DNA of 64,000 nucleotides, filler included, from Octopus bimaculoides (GCF_001194135.2; 5 parts of 4 records of this genome joined end to end with filler, not necessarily neighbours in it), one strand, 5' to 3'. Positions 13,525 through 26,700 are shown, counted from the whole stretch's first letter. Notes: generated by a model from the sequence alone, not told the origin. Numbers and translations: made by a program.

Positions 13525-13925
13525 AGGTGTGGCTGTGTGGAAAGAAGATTGCCTCCTAATCACATGGTTTCGGGTTCAGTCCCACTGTGTGGCACCTTAG
13601 GCAAGTGCCTTCTACTATAACCTCAGGCCGATCAAAGCCTTGTGAACGGATATGGTAGACGGAAACTGAAAGAAACCCATCGTATATATATATGTATATA
13701 TATGTGTGTGTGTGTGTGTCTTTGTGTCTGTGTCCCCCCCCCCATCGCTTGACAACCGATGCTAGTGTGTTTATGTACCTGTAACTTAGTGGTTTGGCAA
13801 AAGAGACCAATAGAATAAGTACCAAGTACCAAGCTTATAAAGAATAAGTCCTGGGAGTCAATTTCTTTGACAAAAAGGCAGTGCTCCAGTATGGCTGCAG
13901 TCAAATGACTGAAACAAGTAAAAGA
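13525..13925 (+). mobile_element. SINE family B copy
   Basis: Near full-length consensus match. Confidence 0.85.
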
Positions 13926-14616
13926 ATAAAGTGTTTTTTCTGGCTTTACATTCTGAGTTCAAATCCCACCAAGATTGATTTTGCCTTTCATCCTTTTGGA
14001 GTCAATAAAATAAGTACTAGTTGAACCCTAGGGTCAATGTAATTGAATTCCTCTTCCCTCACAGCTGTTGGACTTGTGCCAAACTTAAAAAGCAAAAAAT
14101 TATATAGCCTGCCAACTATCTGTAATGTAATTAATACTTCTTAAAAACAATTGAGCTTTACCTGTCAAATTTTAAAAATAAATATGACAGTTATATTTTA
14201 AAATGGTAATTAGCAATCATCAAATATATTTAGAGAAGACAAGTAGCAATTCAAAGTATATTTTAATGTAGTAACTATTCTTGGAGCAATGAACTGGCTA
14301 TTGTATATCAAATATTTTGAAGATAGTTATTGTCAGTCATTTAGTTTTATTTGGTTATTTCTTTCTTTTTTTTTTTCTTTTGGAAAACCCTACTTAGAGA
14401 CGAAACAATAATTCAGGATATAGTAAAGATATACTTGATATCAATGCGGAAACCATATGTCAATTATTGGACAAAGCTTATATTACAGGTAAAATATATT
14501 AGACACTAATTCTCATTTGCAATTCACGTTGAAGAAAATGTGATACTCTGTTTAAGAGCCTGTATCCATATAAAGTATCCAGAAGTTGTCACGTAGATAT
14601 CAGCACAAAATAACTG

Positions 14617-15545
14617 GTATTATTAAACTAAAAAGTAAGGTGATGAGCTGTCAGAATCGTAAGCACGCCAGGCAAAATGCTTAGTGGTATTTCATCTGTC
14701 TTGACGTTCTGAGTTCAAATGCTGCCGAGGTCAACTTTGCCTTTCATCCTTACAGGGTCAATGAATTTAGTACCANNNNNNNNNNNNNNNNNNNNNNNNN
14801 NNNNNNNNNNNNNNNNNNNNNNNNNNNNNNNNNNNNAAATTTCAGGTCTTGTGCCTATAGTAGAAAGGATTATTAAACTAAAAGATAAGGTGATGAGCTG
14901 GCAGAATCATTAGCATGCCAAGCAAAATGCTTAGCAGTATTCTGTCCATCTTTACATTCTGAGTTCAAATGCTACTGAGGTCAACTTTGCCTTTCATGGT
15001 TGATAAAATAAGTACCAGGTGAGCATTGGGGTTGATGTAATCGATTTATTCCAACCCCTTGAAATTGCTGGCCTTGTGCCAAAATTTGAAACCATTATTA
15101 GACTAAAAGGTAAGGCAGTAACTTGGCAGAATCATTAGTACACCAGACAAAATGCTTAGTGACATTTCCTCCGGCTTTACATGTTCAAATGCATCTTTGT
15201 CCTTCGTTCTTTCAGGGTCACTCAAATAAGTACCAGTCAAGCACTGGGGTCAATGTCATCAACTAACCCCTCTCTTCAAAACTGTTTGCTTAGAGCCAAA
15301 ATTTGAAGCAATTATTGAAAAAAAAAAAAAAGGCAGAGAGCGGGCAGAGTCACAAGCATGTTGAACAAAATGCTTAACAGTATTTCTTCCAATTCATTAT
15401 ATCCTGAGTTCAAATGTCACTCAGGTCAACTTTGTCTTTCCTTTAATCCTTTCAAGGTTGATAACATAAAGTACCAGTGAAGTACTGGGGTTGATGTAAT
15501 CAACTTATCCACTCCTCTGGAAATTATTGGCTTTGTGTGAGAATA
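14617..15545 (+). mobile_element. Head-to-tail array of four SINE family A units
   Basis: Repeated gagctggcagaatc heads at about 14645, 14895, 15120 and 15338. Confidence 0.8.
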
Positions 15546-15702
15546 AGAGAGAATTATAAAATAATTTCAATAGTCTCCGAATTTGATAAATAACTGTCTT
15601 AAGGAAAGAATAAGAACATTTAAGAACTGTATAAAAAATATAAGTTTTAATAATATAGTACGGAATATATAAAATGACTGAAGAAAACATTGGCTGAAAT
15701 AT

Positions 15703-17587
15703 CATAACCCAACTTTTTGTCTGATGTCACTTTGTCCAACGTCACTTCGTTTACATCTTTTGTCCGATGATTTTATTTTGTCCAACTTTAGAAAACAAGG
15801 TGAACATCAAAATCAAATAATCATTGAGAATTTTATTGATAGGATTCAAGTAAAATACTGTGGAAAAATGTATTTTTAAAAAAATCATTTAAAAAAAATA
15901 ATAATAAGATATAACTAATGATTTATTATGATCACTTAAAATTGATGCAAATTATATGCCACCCTCTTCAAAAAAATCAATTTTTCTTGTTGACCCATAT
16001 TCAATGTCCAATCTTTTGAGGTATTCAGTTATTCTTCGATATCGTGAACATGAATTTGAAGGATCTCCTCGAAGAATTTGAATCATTTTACCTTGAACGA
16101 ACACTTCCTCTTTTTTCAGAGTTCTGATTAATTTCCAGATATTCAAATGTGCTCCTCCTGCTGAACACTTCATCGCAGAATGAACCCCTCTGCAGCATTA
16201 TTTGTTCTCGGAAGATCTTGAAGAACAGGCTGATTAACATTCCATACAGCTATCAAGAATGTAGGTGGTTCTCTCCTCCGTCTAGCACCACATCCTCTAA
16301 CAACACCTATGTAAATCAAGTCAAAGTAAGCGATGGATTCAGCAGGTATTTCTTCATTGTCTATTAATTCTTCATAAGCTTCTTCAACATATTCAGTGGG
16401 TAGGAAGGCTAATGCTGAAAAACATTGAATTTTAAGACAGAATTCAGAGTCTTTATTGTATTTTTCTTTGAGGCCGAAATCTAATTTTTCGAAATACTGA
16501 TTGACTCAAATGAAACAAACATACCACGATAAATAAATTAGAGAAAGATGAATTAAATGCCTTATGAACTGCAACTTTGAAATTTACCACGAGACCAAGT
16601 GGATATACATTAGGTTGCATAATTTTTAATCGCTCAAAAAAAATAATTTATGTCTGATTTATTTTATTTGGCAGTAATGCAAAGATCTGTGGAAACCACT
16701 GTTCTGGCACAATTTTGAATGTTCCATCACATGCCCAATGACGATATGATGCTATATCCTGAAGAGCACTTTCTGATGCAAATACTAGTATGCACTGTTG
16801 ATCCTCGATACCCGAATCGTATCTCAAAAACTGCTCACCATTATCAAGTTTACTATATTCTTCAGGTATTTCAAAACCAGTTCAAGCCCCTGGATTAGAG
16901 GGAAATCCAGAAGCTTTTTGTTGGCACCTTTGAATGATCCTTGAAAGTACAGGCAAATGAGGACATTCAGAGCAAGTATTTTCTGTTAGCAGCATAAACT
17001 TAGCTGTTATGCCACACAATCTTGCTGCTATGTTTTCCACCGCTTCATGCTTTATTTCTGCAATTGCTTTTCTAGCATTTAATGAATCTACATCAGCTGG
17101 ATGAAGATGCTCACTAGAAAAATAGATAATTTTCGGCTCATTGTTTTCTGTTACCATGTGAATTTCACAATGAACACAACCTTCTTTTCTCACCTCTCCA
17201 GTATCCTTTTCCTAGTCTTGTATTGCTTGAATGAAAATCATGGATGTAATTACTTTCATCAACTACTTTTCTTTTGTTTTTGGTCGATACTATAAACTTT
17301 GTCATTTCAGGATGGGTAAATTAAAAATGTGTACACTAAATTTGCAGCACTCTCTATACACAGCAGAGAGAGAAGGAAAAAGAGAAAGTAAAACTGTTAA
17401 CAGAGAAGGAAAACGAATGATAATAACAATCCTATAAGGAGGCTCGTTATAGTTCTGTGAATATATATCATTAGAGATATTTCACCTTGTTTTCTTAAGA
17501 ATTTATTTAAAATTAGACAAAAAGTCATTGGACAAAAAACAAAAAAAATATCAGACAAAAAGACATCAGATGAAAAGACATAGCACC
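15703..17587 (-). mobile_element. Mutator-like (MULE) DNA transposon with decayed transposase and FLYWCH-like N-terminus
   Basis: HWACDGTFKIVP, VCLFHLSQSVFRKI and PRTNNAAEGF motifs; degenerate inverted ends (tttgtc(c/t) repeats, agaaaacaaggtgaa); identical 9-bp flank ctgaaatat at 15694-15702 and 17588-17596. Confidence 0.88.
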
Positions 17588-17753
17588 CTGAAATATAGTG
17601 GGAATAAGAAATACTGCAGATACTACAAGTGGCTGGTCATCATAAGTATTTAACTGGTTCATTTTAATCATGGTTCACATCACTCTTATTCATATAATAT
17701 GATGGTGGGGAAAATACCTTAGAGGAATGCTCTTAACACTAAAAATAAATATG

Positions 17754-18001
17754 TCAGGGTCACGCATATGTAACATAGTCGATTGAAAAACTTCAATCAA
17801 CTAAGAATATCCAAGTAATTATTAAAGAAAAACTTCCTAAAAGGGGTGTGGAAATTTAACATCAAGGAAGGGAGATAACTCAAAAAAATCTGTTGATTGA
17901 AATTTCTGGAGGATATTTTCTCAATTAATTACTTGAGTAAACCTTAGTTGATTGAGTTTTTCGACTTAGTTTTTCACCTACTATATTATACATCAGACCC
18001 T
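17754..18001. mobile_element. MITE-like element with imperfect terminal inverted repeats
   Basis: cagggtc...gaaaaact(t)caatcaactaag on the left mirrors cttagttgattgagtttttc...gaccctg on the right. Confidence 0.55.
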
Positions 18002-18270
18002 GTCATATTGCTATTTATTCTGAGCTGAAATAAAGATGGTTGTTAATTATTAATTTAAACACTGAGTTAATTAATAATCATTATATGAAATAGAAATAGT
18101 ATTAAATTAAAATAGCCATCTATGTATCATACTTAATGTAAATACATCACTGAAAGGCAATTTCCTGAGGTATTCATCCAGAGAATCTTTTAAGAATGTG
18201 TTGTATTTACAAACATAATATATTTTAGAGGGAAGGGATAAGTTTGGTCTCCCTCCATCATATATTGTTT

Positions 18271-18500
18271 TTAACCCTTTAACATTTAACCCAGCCATAT
18301 CCAACCCAAAATTTTCTGCTAGTTTTATGTTCAAACAGGCCAGATCTGGCCTCCTATACCTACCCAACAATATCATTCAAAACATAAACAATCACATCAC
18401 TGAAATCTTAAAGCTACAAGATAAGGCATGATTAATTGAAATCAGGGTGAATAAATAGATATTACATTTGACAGAGTAATCTGAATGCTACAAGGGTTAA
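18271..18500. mobile_element. piggyBac-type MITE (second copy)
   Basis: TTAA-CCCTTT ... AAGGG-TTAA; interior similar to 5514-5732. Confidence 0.75.
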
Positions 18501-20664
18501 ACACAGCACTTCCATAAGAGATGTTATTACCAGATCAATACCACAGTAAATTTACCTTTCATCAACATATTTATTTTAAGTATGATGTACAGATGGCTAC
18601 TGATTTAACTGCCTTTCTGAAACTATTCGGTAAGTTTACCCAAATTTTAGTTGGAATCCATTTTTATTTTTAGCAATTTATTTCTAATTTGTTTATCATT
18701 TTTTTCTCTTTTGCTTCGTTATTGATGTCACTGCTAATATTGTCAATATATGATTATATCATTAAAAATATTAATTATATTAATGCTTTTGGAATGTTGT
18801 GGCTTTCCATATTCTCAAAGATTGATTAAGGATGCAAAAGACCAACTTGCGAAAGTACTCTTCAGAAATTTACACACATATATACACAAAGCATAGGTCA
18901 CTTCAAAGTTCAATTTTCAAAGCTACCAATGATAGTTAAGAACTGAATCAAGGGATAGCTTAATCTCTCATTAGCTTAACACTGCAATAAATCAGAGATA
19001 TGCACTTGTCCCATGGACTAGCTTTAGCTGAGATTTTGCATAATCTGTCACCAAAGTTCCAAGCTTTTTAACAATTATATCCACCACAAGTTCCATTCCT
19101 TGTTGCAGTGTAGATCTCAATGACCCTGAGAGCTCTGCTAGTGGGGAGCAAGTTCCTGGTAGGGTGTCCCATACTGGACAAAGAACAGAGGCCAGAATAA
19201 TCTGGATCACCTCTTTCTAGAGATAAGAATGGGTCAGTATAGAGCTAAAACTCCTACCTAGAGAAAAAAAAAAAATCAGGCCTTGACCTGGAACCCACAA
19301 GGAAGGTAGAAGAGAGGATACCCTAGAAATAACTGTAGGCAAGATAATAAAGCAGAGCTGGAAAAGCTGGGGTCCAACTGAGGAGAAGCATAAAAGACAG
19401 CACAGAGTTGAGAACAGTCAGGTAGATTCATCAGTGGCTTAGAGAGTGAAGGCCTAAAATTAAGAAAAAGAAAATAATAATAAATAACTAACGGGACCTG
19501 TGAATATTTCATGGAATTAATGGTAAACTTATTGGGTCATTTCTGAAAACTTCATCCAAACAACTAGAAAGTGTAGCCTGTGTTGTGTCTGCATCAAAAG
19601 ATAGTCGCTCATCTGCTAATCATTGAAAAGTGAAGCAAATTGGAATGCAATAATTACTTAATGCATTTTATATATACACTTTATATATTTATGCACAATT
19701 TTATAGACTTAATACACAGCACTCTCCCTCTTTCTCTCTCACTCTTTTGCCTTACTCGCTTTTTCTTTTGCTCTTCACCTTTCCCTTCAACTAATCACAT
19801 CACAGCTAAGTAACAGAGGAAAAAAAAAAAACTTAGTCAAAAAAAATAACACATCTCACTCCCCTCCCATCCTCTCCTCTCTACCCCTAACCCCTTCAAC
19901 TAATCCCGTAGAAGCGTTACAGACAGGCTAAGTAATGGAGAAACAAGCAGAATTATTACAAGATAGTAACAGGCAGCTGCAGTGCAATGTCTTGATGTGC
20001 ATATGGCATAATGAAACTTTAGAGAAATACCAGCATTTATTAGTACAGCTGTTGATTATATGGCATGTGTCAGTTTGTAGTTCAACCTTCGAAAATGATT
20101 CATCTAAGCATATATATATATATATTATCTGTGCAATACGTAATGGCACGAAGGCTGTGACTGTAGACTTCTGACTGTGTGGTTATGAGTCTAAAACTTA
20201 CAACAAACCTTATATTGTGCTCCTGCTCAAATATCAGATCTCTGTCTTTGGTTCAATGTGACTGATTGACTAAAGATTTGAATTCAATTCTATCACTGAG
20301 TACTTTGTAGCATAGTAGGAATGATATGAAGCTTCACACACACACTATATATATATATATATATACCATAATTATCATCATCATTATTTAACATCTAATA
20401 TCCAATAATACATAAATATATAAGGATGCATTCACATTCCACCCATAACAAAGTAATAATTGTAACAACAACAACAACAACAGCACCAACAATAACAACA
20501 ATGACAATAAAGAAAATACATTTTATTTTTCTTATTCTGGGAAATAAAATAAAAACTCAGTGCCCACGACCCAAGTGCAGATGTGCACATGTGTGTGTGT
20601 GTATGTGTATATGTGCACATGCATTTATGGGTCTGTATGTGAGGGTGTGGGTATTTCACAGGAA

Positions 20665-20701
<37 letters not shown>

Positions 20702-22237
20702 CTGTAGGAAGCAATAGTAAGCATTTTTTTGCCATTTTTAATTTAATTCTGAAGAAGAAAACATATCAAAAACCAAAATATTTGTAGTTGTACAAAGGAA
20801 AAAAAAAATCATTATTTACATACCAGAATTCTTTTTTGACAGAACTGCACAAAAGGAAAATAGAATTTTGCAAAAAAATATTTATAATTCTGACGGTTGC
20901 AATTTCAAACTAAATCTCACACAAACACACACACACATTTATGCAATAGAATAAAGACACAAGTACACACCAGCACACTCACAATGCATACACACACACA
21001 CACACATATTTTATTTTAATGATGCATTTGTTTCGTGCTTTCATTTGTCTTATTTCAGACATGCAATGCTTTTAGTAAATTTCATGCTCAACACATAACC
21101 AGATTCAGTTTACATCCTACGTCAGTACTTGTATGTCATTCAACAAGACACTGAGATGCAGCAATCCAACCTAACATATGATTACATTTTGTAATAGAAT
21201 GCTAGAAGAACAAAAAAAACAAAAAAAAACTAAACCATTTACATATATGTGTATGCATAGTCATGTTTGTACAGACAGATTTGTATATTTGTGTACAGGC
21301 ATCTATATATGTAGGTATGCTCCATGCACACATGCCTAAATTCAATGATTTCTTTAATTTTTGGTGACTTTTTTTCTCCTTTATTGTTCTTTACTAATTG
21401 ACTTTGAACAACAGGAGCTGACATGAAGCAATCTGAAGAGTAAACATCCTTGTTAAAATCAATTTGTACCAAAAACTTTGATATAGGTAAGAAGAAAAAA
21501 AAAAGGACAACTTATATAGATAACAATCAAAATGAATTTGTTTTGTATGTTTTCATGTTATTCTTACAATTTTCTAAAGTGACAAACTGAAAGAAACATT
21601 TATATATATACACACACAAACATATATACGTATGAGTATATGTGTGTGTATATATACATATCATCATCATCATCCTCATCATCGTTTAACATCCGCTTTC
21701 CATGCTGGCATGGGTTGGACTATATATATACAAATATATATAAGCAAAACCGGATGTGCTCGGGAATACACAGACACAAATATGATGGGCTTCTTTCAGT
21801 TTCCATCAATGAAATACACTCACAAGGCTTTAGTCAGTCTGGTGCAATAGTAGAAGACACTTGCCCATGGTGCCATGCAATGAGATTGAACCCAAGCCCA
21901 CAGGGTTGGAAAGCAAGCTTCTTAATGACAAAGCCATGCCTATTTGCAGATGGAAGTCAGTAAATGAAAACACCAAAGGATGTAAACATCAACAAAAAAA
22001 ACTGATAATCATCAAATGAAGTACCTTTGCAAGAACAAAGTCTGTTACAGTGTTACAGACATTCCCTAATGATTTCTGCCATAAAAATGTTGTGAACTCA
22101 TAACTGGCCCTTTGGAAATCTGTAAACAACAATGTTATTGCTCACAAACTGAGATATACAAAAGACGAGGATGATAGTGACTTCGAAGTTTCAACCAGCA
22201 AGCCTTTGTCAAACTGTTAAATTGTTTTTATTATAAC

Positions 22238-22372
22238 TTTGGGTTCAGTCCCACTGCGTGGCACCTTGGGTTAGTGTCTTCTACAATAGCCTTGGGCCAA
22301 TCAAAGCCTTGTGAGTGGATTTGGTAGACAGAATCTGAAAGAAGCCCACTGTAAATCTGTGAATGTGTGTGC

Positions 22373-22411
<39 letters not shown>

Positions 22412-23025
22412 TGTGTGTATCTATGTGAGTGTCTGTGTTTGTACCCCCATATCGCTTGACAATCGGTGTTGGTGTGTTTACATCCCCGTAACTTAACAGT
22501 TTGGCAAAAGAGACTGATAGATTAAGTACTAGGCTTAAAAAAAGTCCTGGGGTCAATTTGTTCGACTAAAACCCTTCGAGGTGGTGCTCCAGCATGGCTG
22601 CAATCAACTGAATGAAACAAGTAAAAGAATGAAAGAATACAAACAAACACTGGTGACTGTACTGTAAGAAGCTTACTTTCCAACCATATGGTTCCGGGTT
22701 CAGTCACACAGCATGGCACCCTGGGCAAGTGTCTTCTACTAAAGCCTTGGGCCAACCAAAGTTTTGTGAGTGGATTTGGTAGATGAAAACTGAAAGAAGC
22801 CCACCATATAATATATATGTGTGTTTGTCTTTTTGTCTGTGTTTATCCCCCACTACCACTTGTTAACCGGTGTTGGTGTGTTTATGTCCCTGTAATTTAG
22901 CAGTTTAGCAAAAGTGACTGATATAATAAGTACTGGGGGTCGATTCATTCAACTAAAAATTCTTCCAGGCGGTGCCCCAGCATGGTTACAGTCTAATGAC
23001 TGAAACAAGTAAAAGATAAAAGATA
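22238..23025 (+). mobile_element. Two tandem SINE family B copies
   Basis: Consensus matches at about 22238-22625 and 22655-23025. Confidence 0.8.
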
Positions 23026-23412
23026 AAGGATGTGAATTTGTAAACGTGTGTCTAAATACAAGAGAGACTGACAGAATGGAATGGTGAAAGAATATTTCCA
23101 AAACAAAAGAAATAAACAAAAATGGTATAAACCATACAGCTATATAATAACAAAAACCAACATATAAAGCAAAACCAGCTTTTTGGACCAATAAAAATAT
23201 TAATTAACCCCTAGCATTTCAGAATTAACTGGTAAACTTTTATATTAAACAGAAAGTCAGACCCCTAGCAACATACCTTTATTTTGAATTTTCTTCTCTG
23301 GCTCCTCAACTATTTCTCCATCTTTCCATAATTTTGCGGAATTGTCAAGTGCTAAAGCAATGCTAGTTGGACTGTTACCCTGTAAATAAGAAAGTTACAA
23401 AATAGAATAAAT

Positions 23413-23455
<43 letters not shown>

Positions 23456-23555
23456 NNNNNNNNNNNNNNNNNNNNNNNNNNNNNNNNNNNNNNNNNNNNT
23501 TAATTAATTAANNNNNNNNNNNNNNNNNNNNNNNNNNNNNNNNNNNNNNNNNNNN
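23456..23555. other. Artificial scaffold spacer N44-TTAATTAATTAA-N44
   Basis: Exactly 100 bp; the 12-mer places stops in all six frames; identical structure occurs four times. Confidence 0.95.
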
Positions 23556-23778
23556 CGAGTTTCGTGTCCAATGAAGGAGACGACGTTGGCATGGGTGCCA
23601 GTCGTCAAATTTAGTTCGATTTCGTTTTCGCTTGCCCCAACAGGTCTTCGCAAGCCGAGTTTCGTGTCCAATGAAGGAGACGACGTTGGCATGGGTGCCA
23701 GTCGTCAAATTTAGTTCGATTTCGTTCTCACTTGCCTCAACAGGTCTTCGCAAGCCGAGTTTAGTGTCCAATGAAGGA
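23556..23778. repeat. 100-bp tandem repeat (about 2.2 units), CpG-rich
   Basis: Units start at 23556, 23656 and 23756; units 1 and 2 differ at 3 positions. Confidence 0.9.
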
Positions 23779-26700
23779 AGGTACGCATAAGTGGGCTGGC
23801 TACACCCCTTGCAGAGGCCTTGGATTTAGGTCTCCCTTGGTTTGATGATATTAAATACTAATAAGTGTTACTCAGAATCCTTTACATCAATTATAATAAA
23901 CAAGTAATGAATGAAACAATTCACAATTTGAAAGACAGAACAACAAAAATAATTATATTTGTACTGAGATAGCAATATTTTTATTCACAAAAAATGTTGA
24001 GCAAATATTTCATTGAAGTTTTAAAGATAAACATTAAAATTATATATCCAGCAATATGTTTTTTATAAAAGAAGATTCCTATTACATAAATTCTGTAGAT
24101 ATTTGATCAAAAGCTGTAAGCATATGTTATTGATTTCTAACATCGGTGTAAGTTAAAGTGACCCAAAATTTGACTTGTTATTATTTTACCAAGCTTAGAA
24201 AGATGAATGCCAAGTCATCTTCAGCAGATAAGATGTATAATATTCAGTTTCCATCTGTGACTTAGTGAAGGAATTTTAAGTAACTGTCCTGCTGATCAAA
24301 ATACAGGTAACTATTGATTTTGTCGGCTATTAATCAAAAATCAGGAACCTTTCACTGAGAAAAATTGTAAATATTATTCCAGGCAATCAAGTTTCAATTA
24401 GTATCATTTGTGGTTTACTATCGGAATTAAGGATGACATCTTACAATAAAATAAAATGGACAGAAGCATAAATAATTCATTAGAAGGATTAAAAAAGTTG
24501 CAAAAATCCAAATTCTCAGAACTATCCAAATTATACAATCATGACAAATACATAAAACTCTGTGTATGTGTGTGTGTGTGTGTAGTCTAGGCAACTATGT
24601 GGCTAAATACATACAACAATTTCCCATGGATATTCAACATAGATACATATGATTGTACTTTTTCATGTACAGTTGAGTTTATTTGCATGTGTATGTGTGT
24701 GGACTTGATGTATGGGTATCTTGCATGTGTGTGTGTGAGTGTGTATGTAAGTGAGTATGTGTGTGTGTGTGTGCATTTATGTATGTGTTTAAATGGGTGT
24801 GTGGATGTTTGTGTATTTCTGTTTGCATGACTGTGCATTTGTATGTATTTGTCTTTATGAAAGTCTAAGTATTTGTGAGAGTTAGAAAGCATATAGATTA
24901 TGTATGTTAATTATTTCTGCATGTTGGTAGACAAATAAAAATGTTGTCTAATTTTAGTTTGTGGAACATCACCTCTTCTATGTCTTAAGTTTAACAATCA
25001 CAATTTTGGTATAGAAGTAAAGTGAAACTGACAGAATATTTCACAGAAGCATGTAACCTTAGAACAATTCTTCTGCTGATTAACGACCTAATAATAGTAA
25101 GCAGAAGTGATAACTTATGAGAAAAATGTAACACTATTCTGATGATGTGTTTACAGGTACTCATAACTGAAGGGTTATGAAAGTTCTGAGTTCAATCTAC
25201 TTGCATGGCATCTTAAACAAATATCTTCAGCCATAGTATTAAGTCAACTCAAACCTTGTGAATGAAATTTGGTAGATGGGAACTGTGCAGAAGCCAATCA
25301 AATAAATTGTATTTGTAACTCAAAGATCTGTGTTGAGGTAATTCTGTCTTAGAATTATATTAAGGTTACATGAGCTTGTGAAATACTCAGTCACTTCCAT
25401 GCTAATTCGATGGGTTGGTAATTCAGTTCTGTGAACAACTGAATAGATATTGCTTAAACGGACTGACATCTATTTACTTACCTAAACATTTGGAATAGAA
25501 ACTTTCATCAAATCTTATTTGAAAGTATCACTGACTTTACAGCTTGTTTTTCAACAAATAAACTACAAGAATTAAGCATAATCATTTGTTTGTTTGTTTG
25601 CATGCAAGTACATATGCATATATGTATGTACATATGTAGGCATGTGTATGTGTGTATGTATGTATAAACATAAAGTGTAAATGTATGTGTACTTATATGT
25701 ATGTATGTAGGCATGTGTATGTGTATATGTATGTATAAACATATCTATGTATATATGTAAGTATGCATACATATATGTTCATACAAAATTATGTACCTAT
25801 ATATGCATGTATGTATGCATGCATACATGTATGTATGTATTTTTTGCTTGCCTTTGTATTGTGTTTTTCATGTATGTGCTAGGTAAAAGGAAAAACTGCA
25901 CTACACAAAAAGATCCACCTCAAAAGATTTTCCTCCAGGCTGAACCATTGAAAACAAAAACATTTGAAAATAGAGATTCATTATTTAAATTCACTGTAAA
26001 CCAAATATCACATGTAAAAATTAAATATCCAAAATACTGATTCAACTCGATATTATGCTTATTTTTAGAATATAAATTTTTATCTGTATGTATCATTAGC
26101 TCGGTGATCTCCAATCATCACCAGGGGTTTTATTCCTGAATAAAGAATAAATACATATGAAAAATGAAGGCTGTAAAAGCAAGTGCAGAGTTCTCAAAAT
26201 AAATGGAACATGAGGAAAAGGAGGCCCATGAAGACTTGAGAGGAAGTAGTAAAGACTGATCTCATAATGTTGGACTTCACAGATGAGCTGACAAAGGGGA
26301 GAGAAGGTTGACAACATAAGGTGCTGGAGAAGACACACCCCTACATGCAAGTAGAGTGAGACAAGTGAAAAATGGTGGAGGCTGGGTGACATATCTGCAT
26401 ATGTATATGTGTGTTTTATTCATATGTGTTTGTGTGAGTGTGTGTGTGATTATTTGTATGTAAGTATATGTTGTCTCCTGCTATGTATGTCCCTGTTGAG
26501 TTTGCATCTGTTCCCTCCCCTATCTTTGAAAGACTTTCATCTCCCTATCATTTTCATATTGCACATCACTCTAACACCTATTCCTCTATCTAGTCATTTC
26601 TCCAACACTCACCCACTTTACCTCAACATTCACCCTATCATCACACATCCTCTTTTCTATTTACTGTATTTTATTAGTATAACTGTTACAGGTAGTATAT

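Noticed and set aside
18992-19260. 72-aa minus ORF (…VDIIVKKLGTLVTDYAKSQ…) as a ZIP11 first exon
   Set aside because: Only superficial LGTL similarity; lacks TW/AAGVM motifs and a suitable donor
21239-22119. Minus-strand exon pair (D)FQRASYEFTTFLWQKSLGNVCNTVTDFVLAK (22025-22119) joined to FLVQIDFNKDVYSSDCFMSAP...
   Set aside because: Splice signals and phases fit, but the peptide resembles neither ZIP11 nor HAL, runs into a low-complexity tail, and uses the same site as a competing plus-strand donor; compatible with chance
23556-23778. CRISPR-like array
   Set aside because: Units are contiguous 100-bp repeats without unique spacers, there are no cas genes, and the context is eukaryotic
25920-26030. 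VFVFNGSAWRKIF resembling ZIP11 VFVF..RRIL
   Set aside because: Immediately followed by a stop, no donor; coincidental
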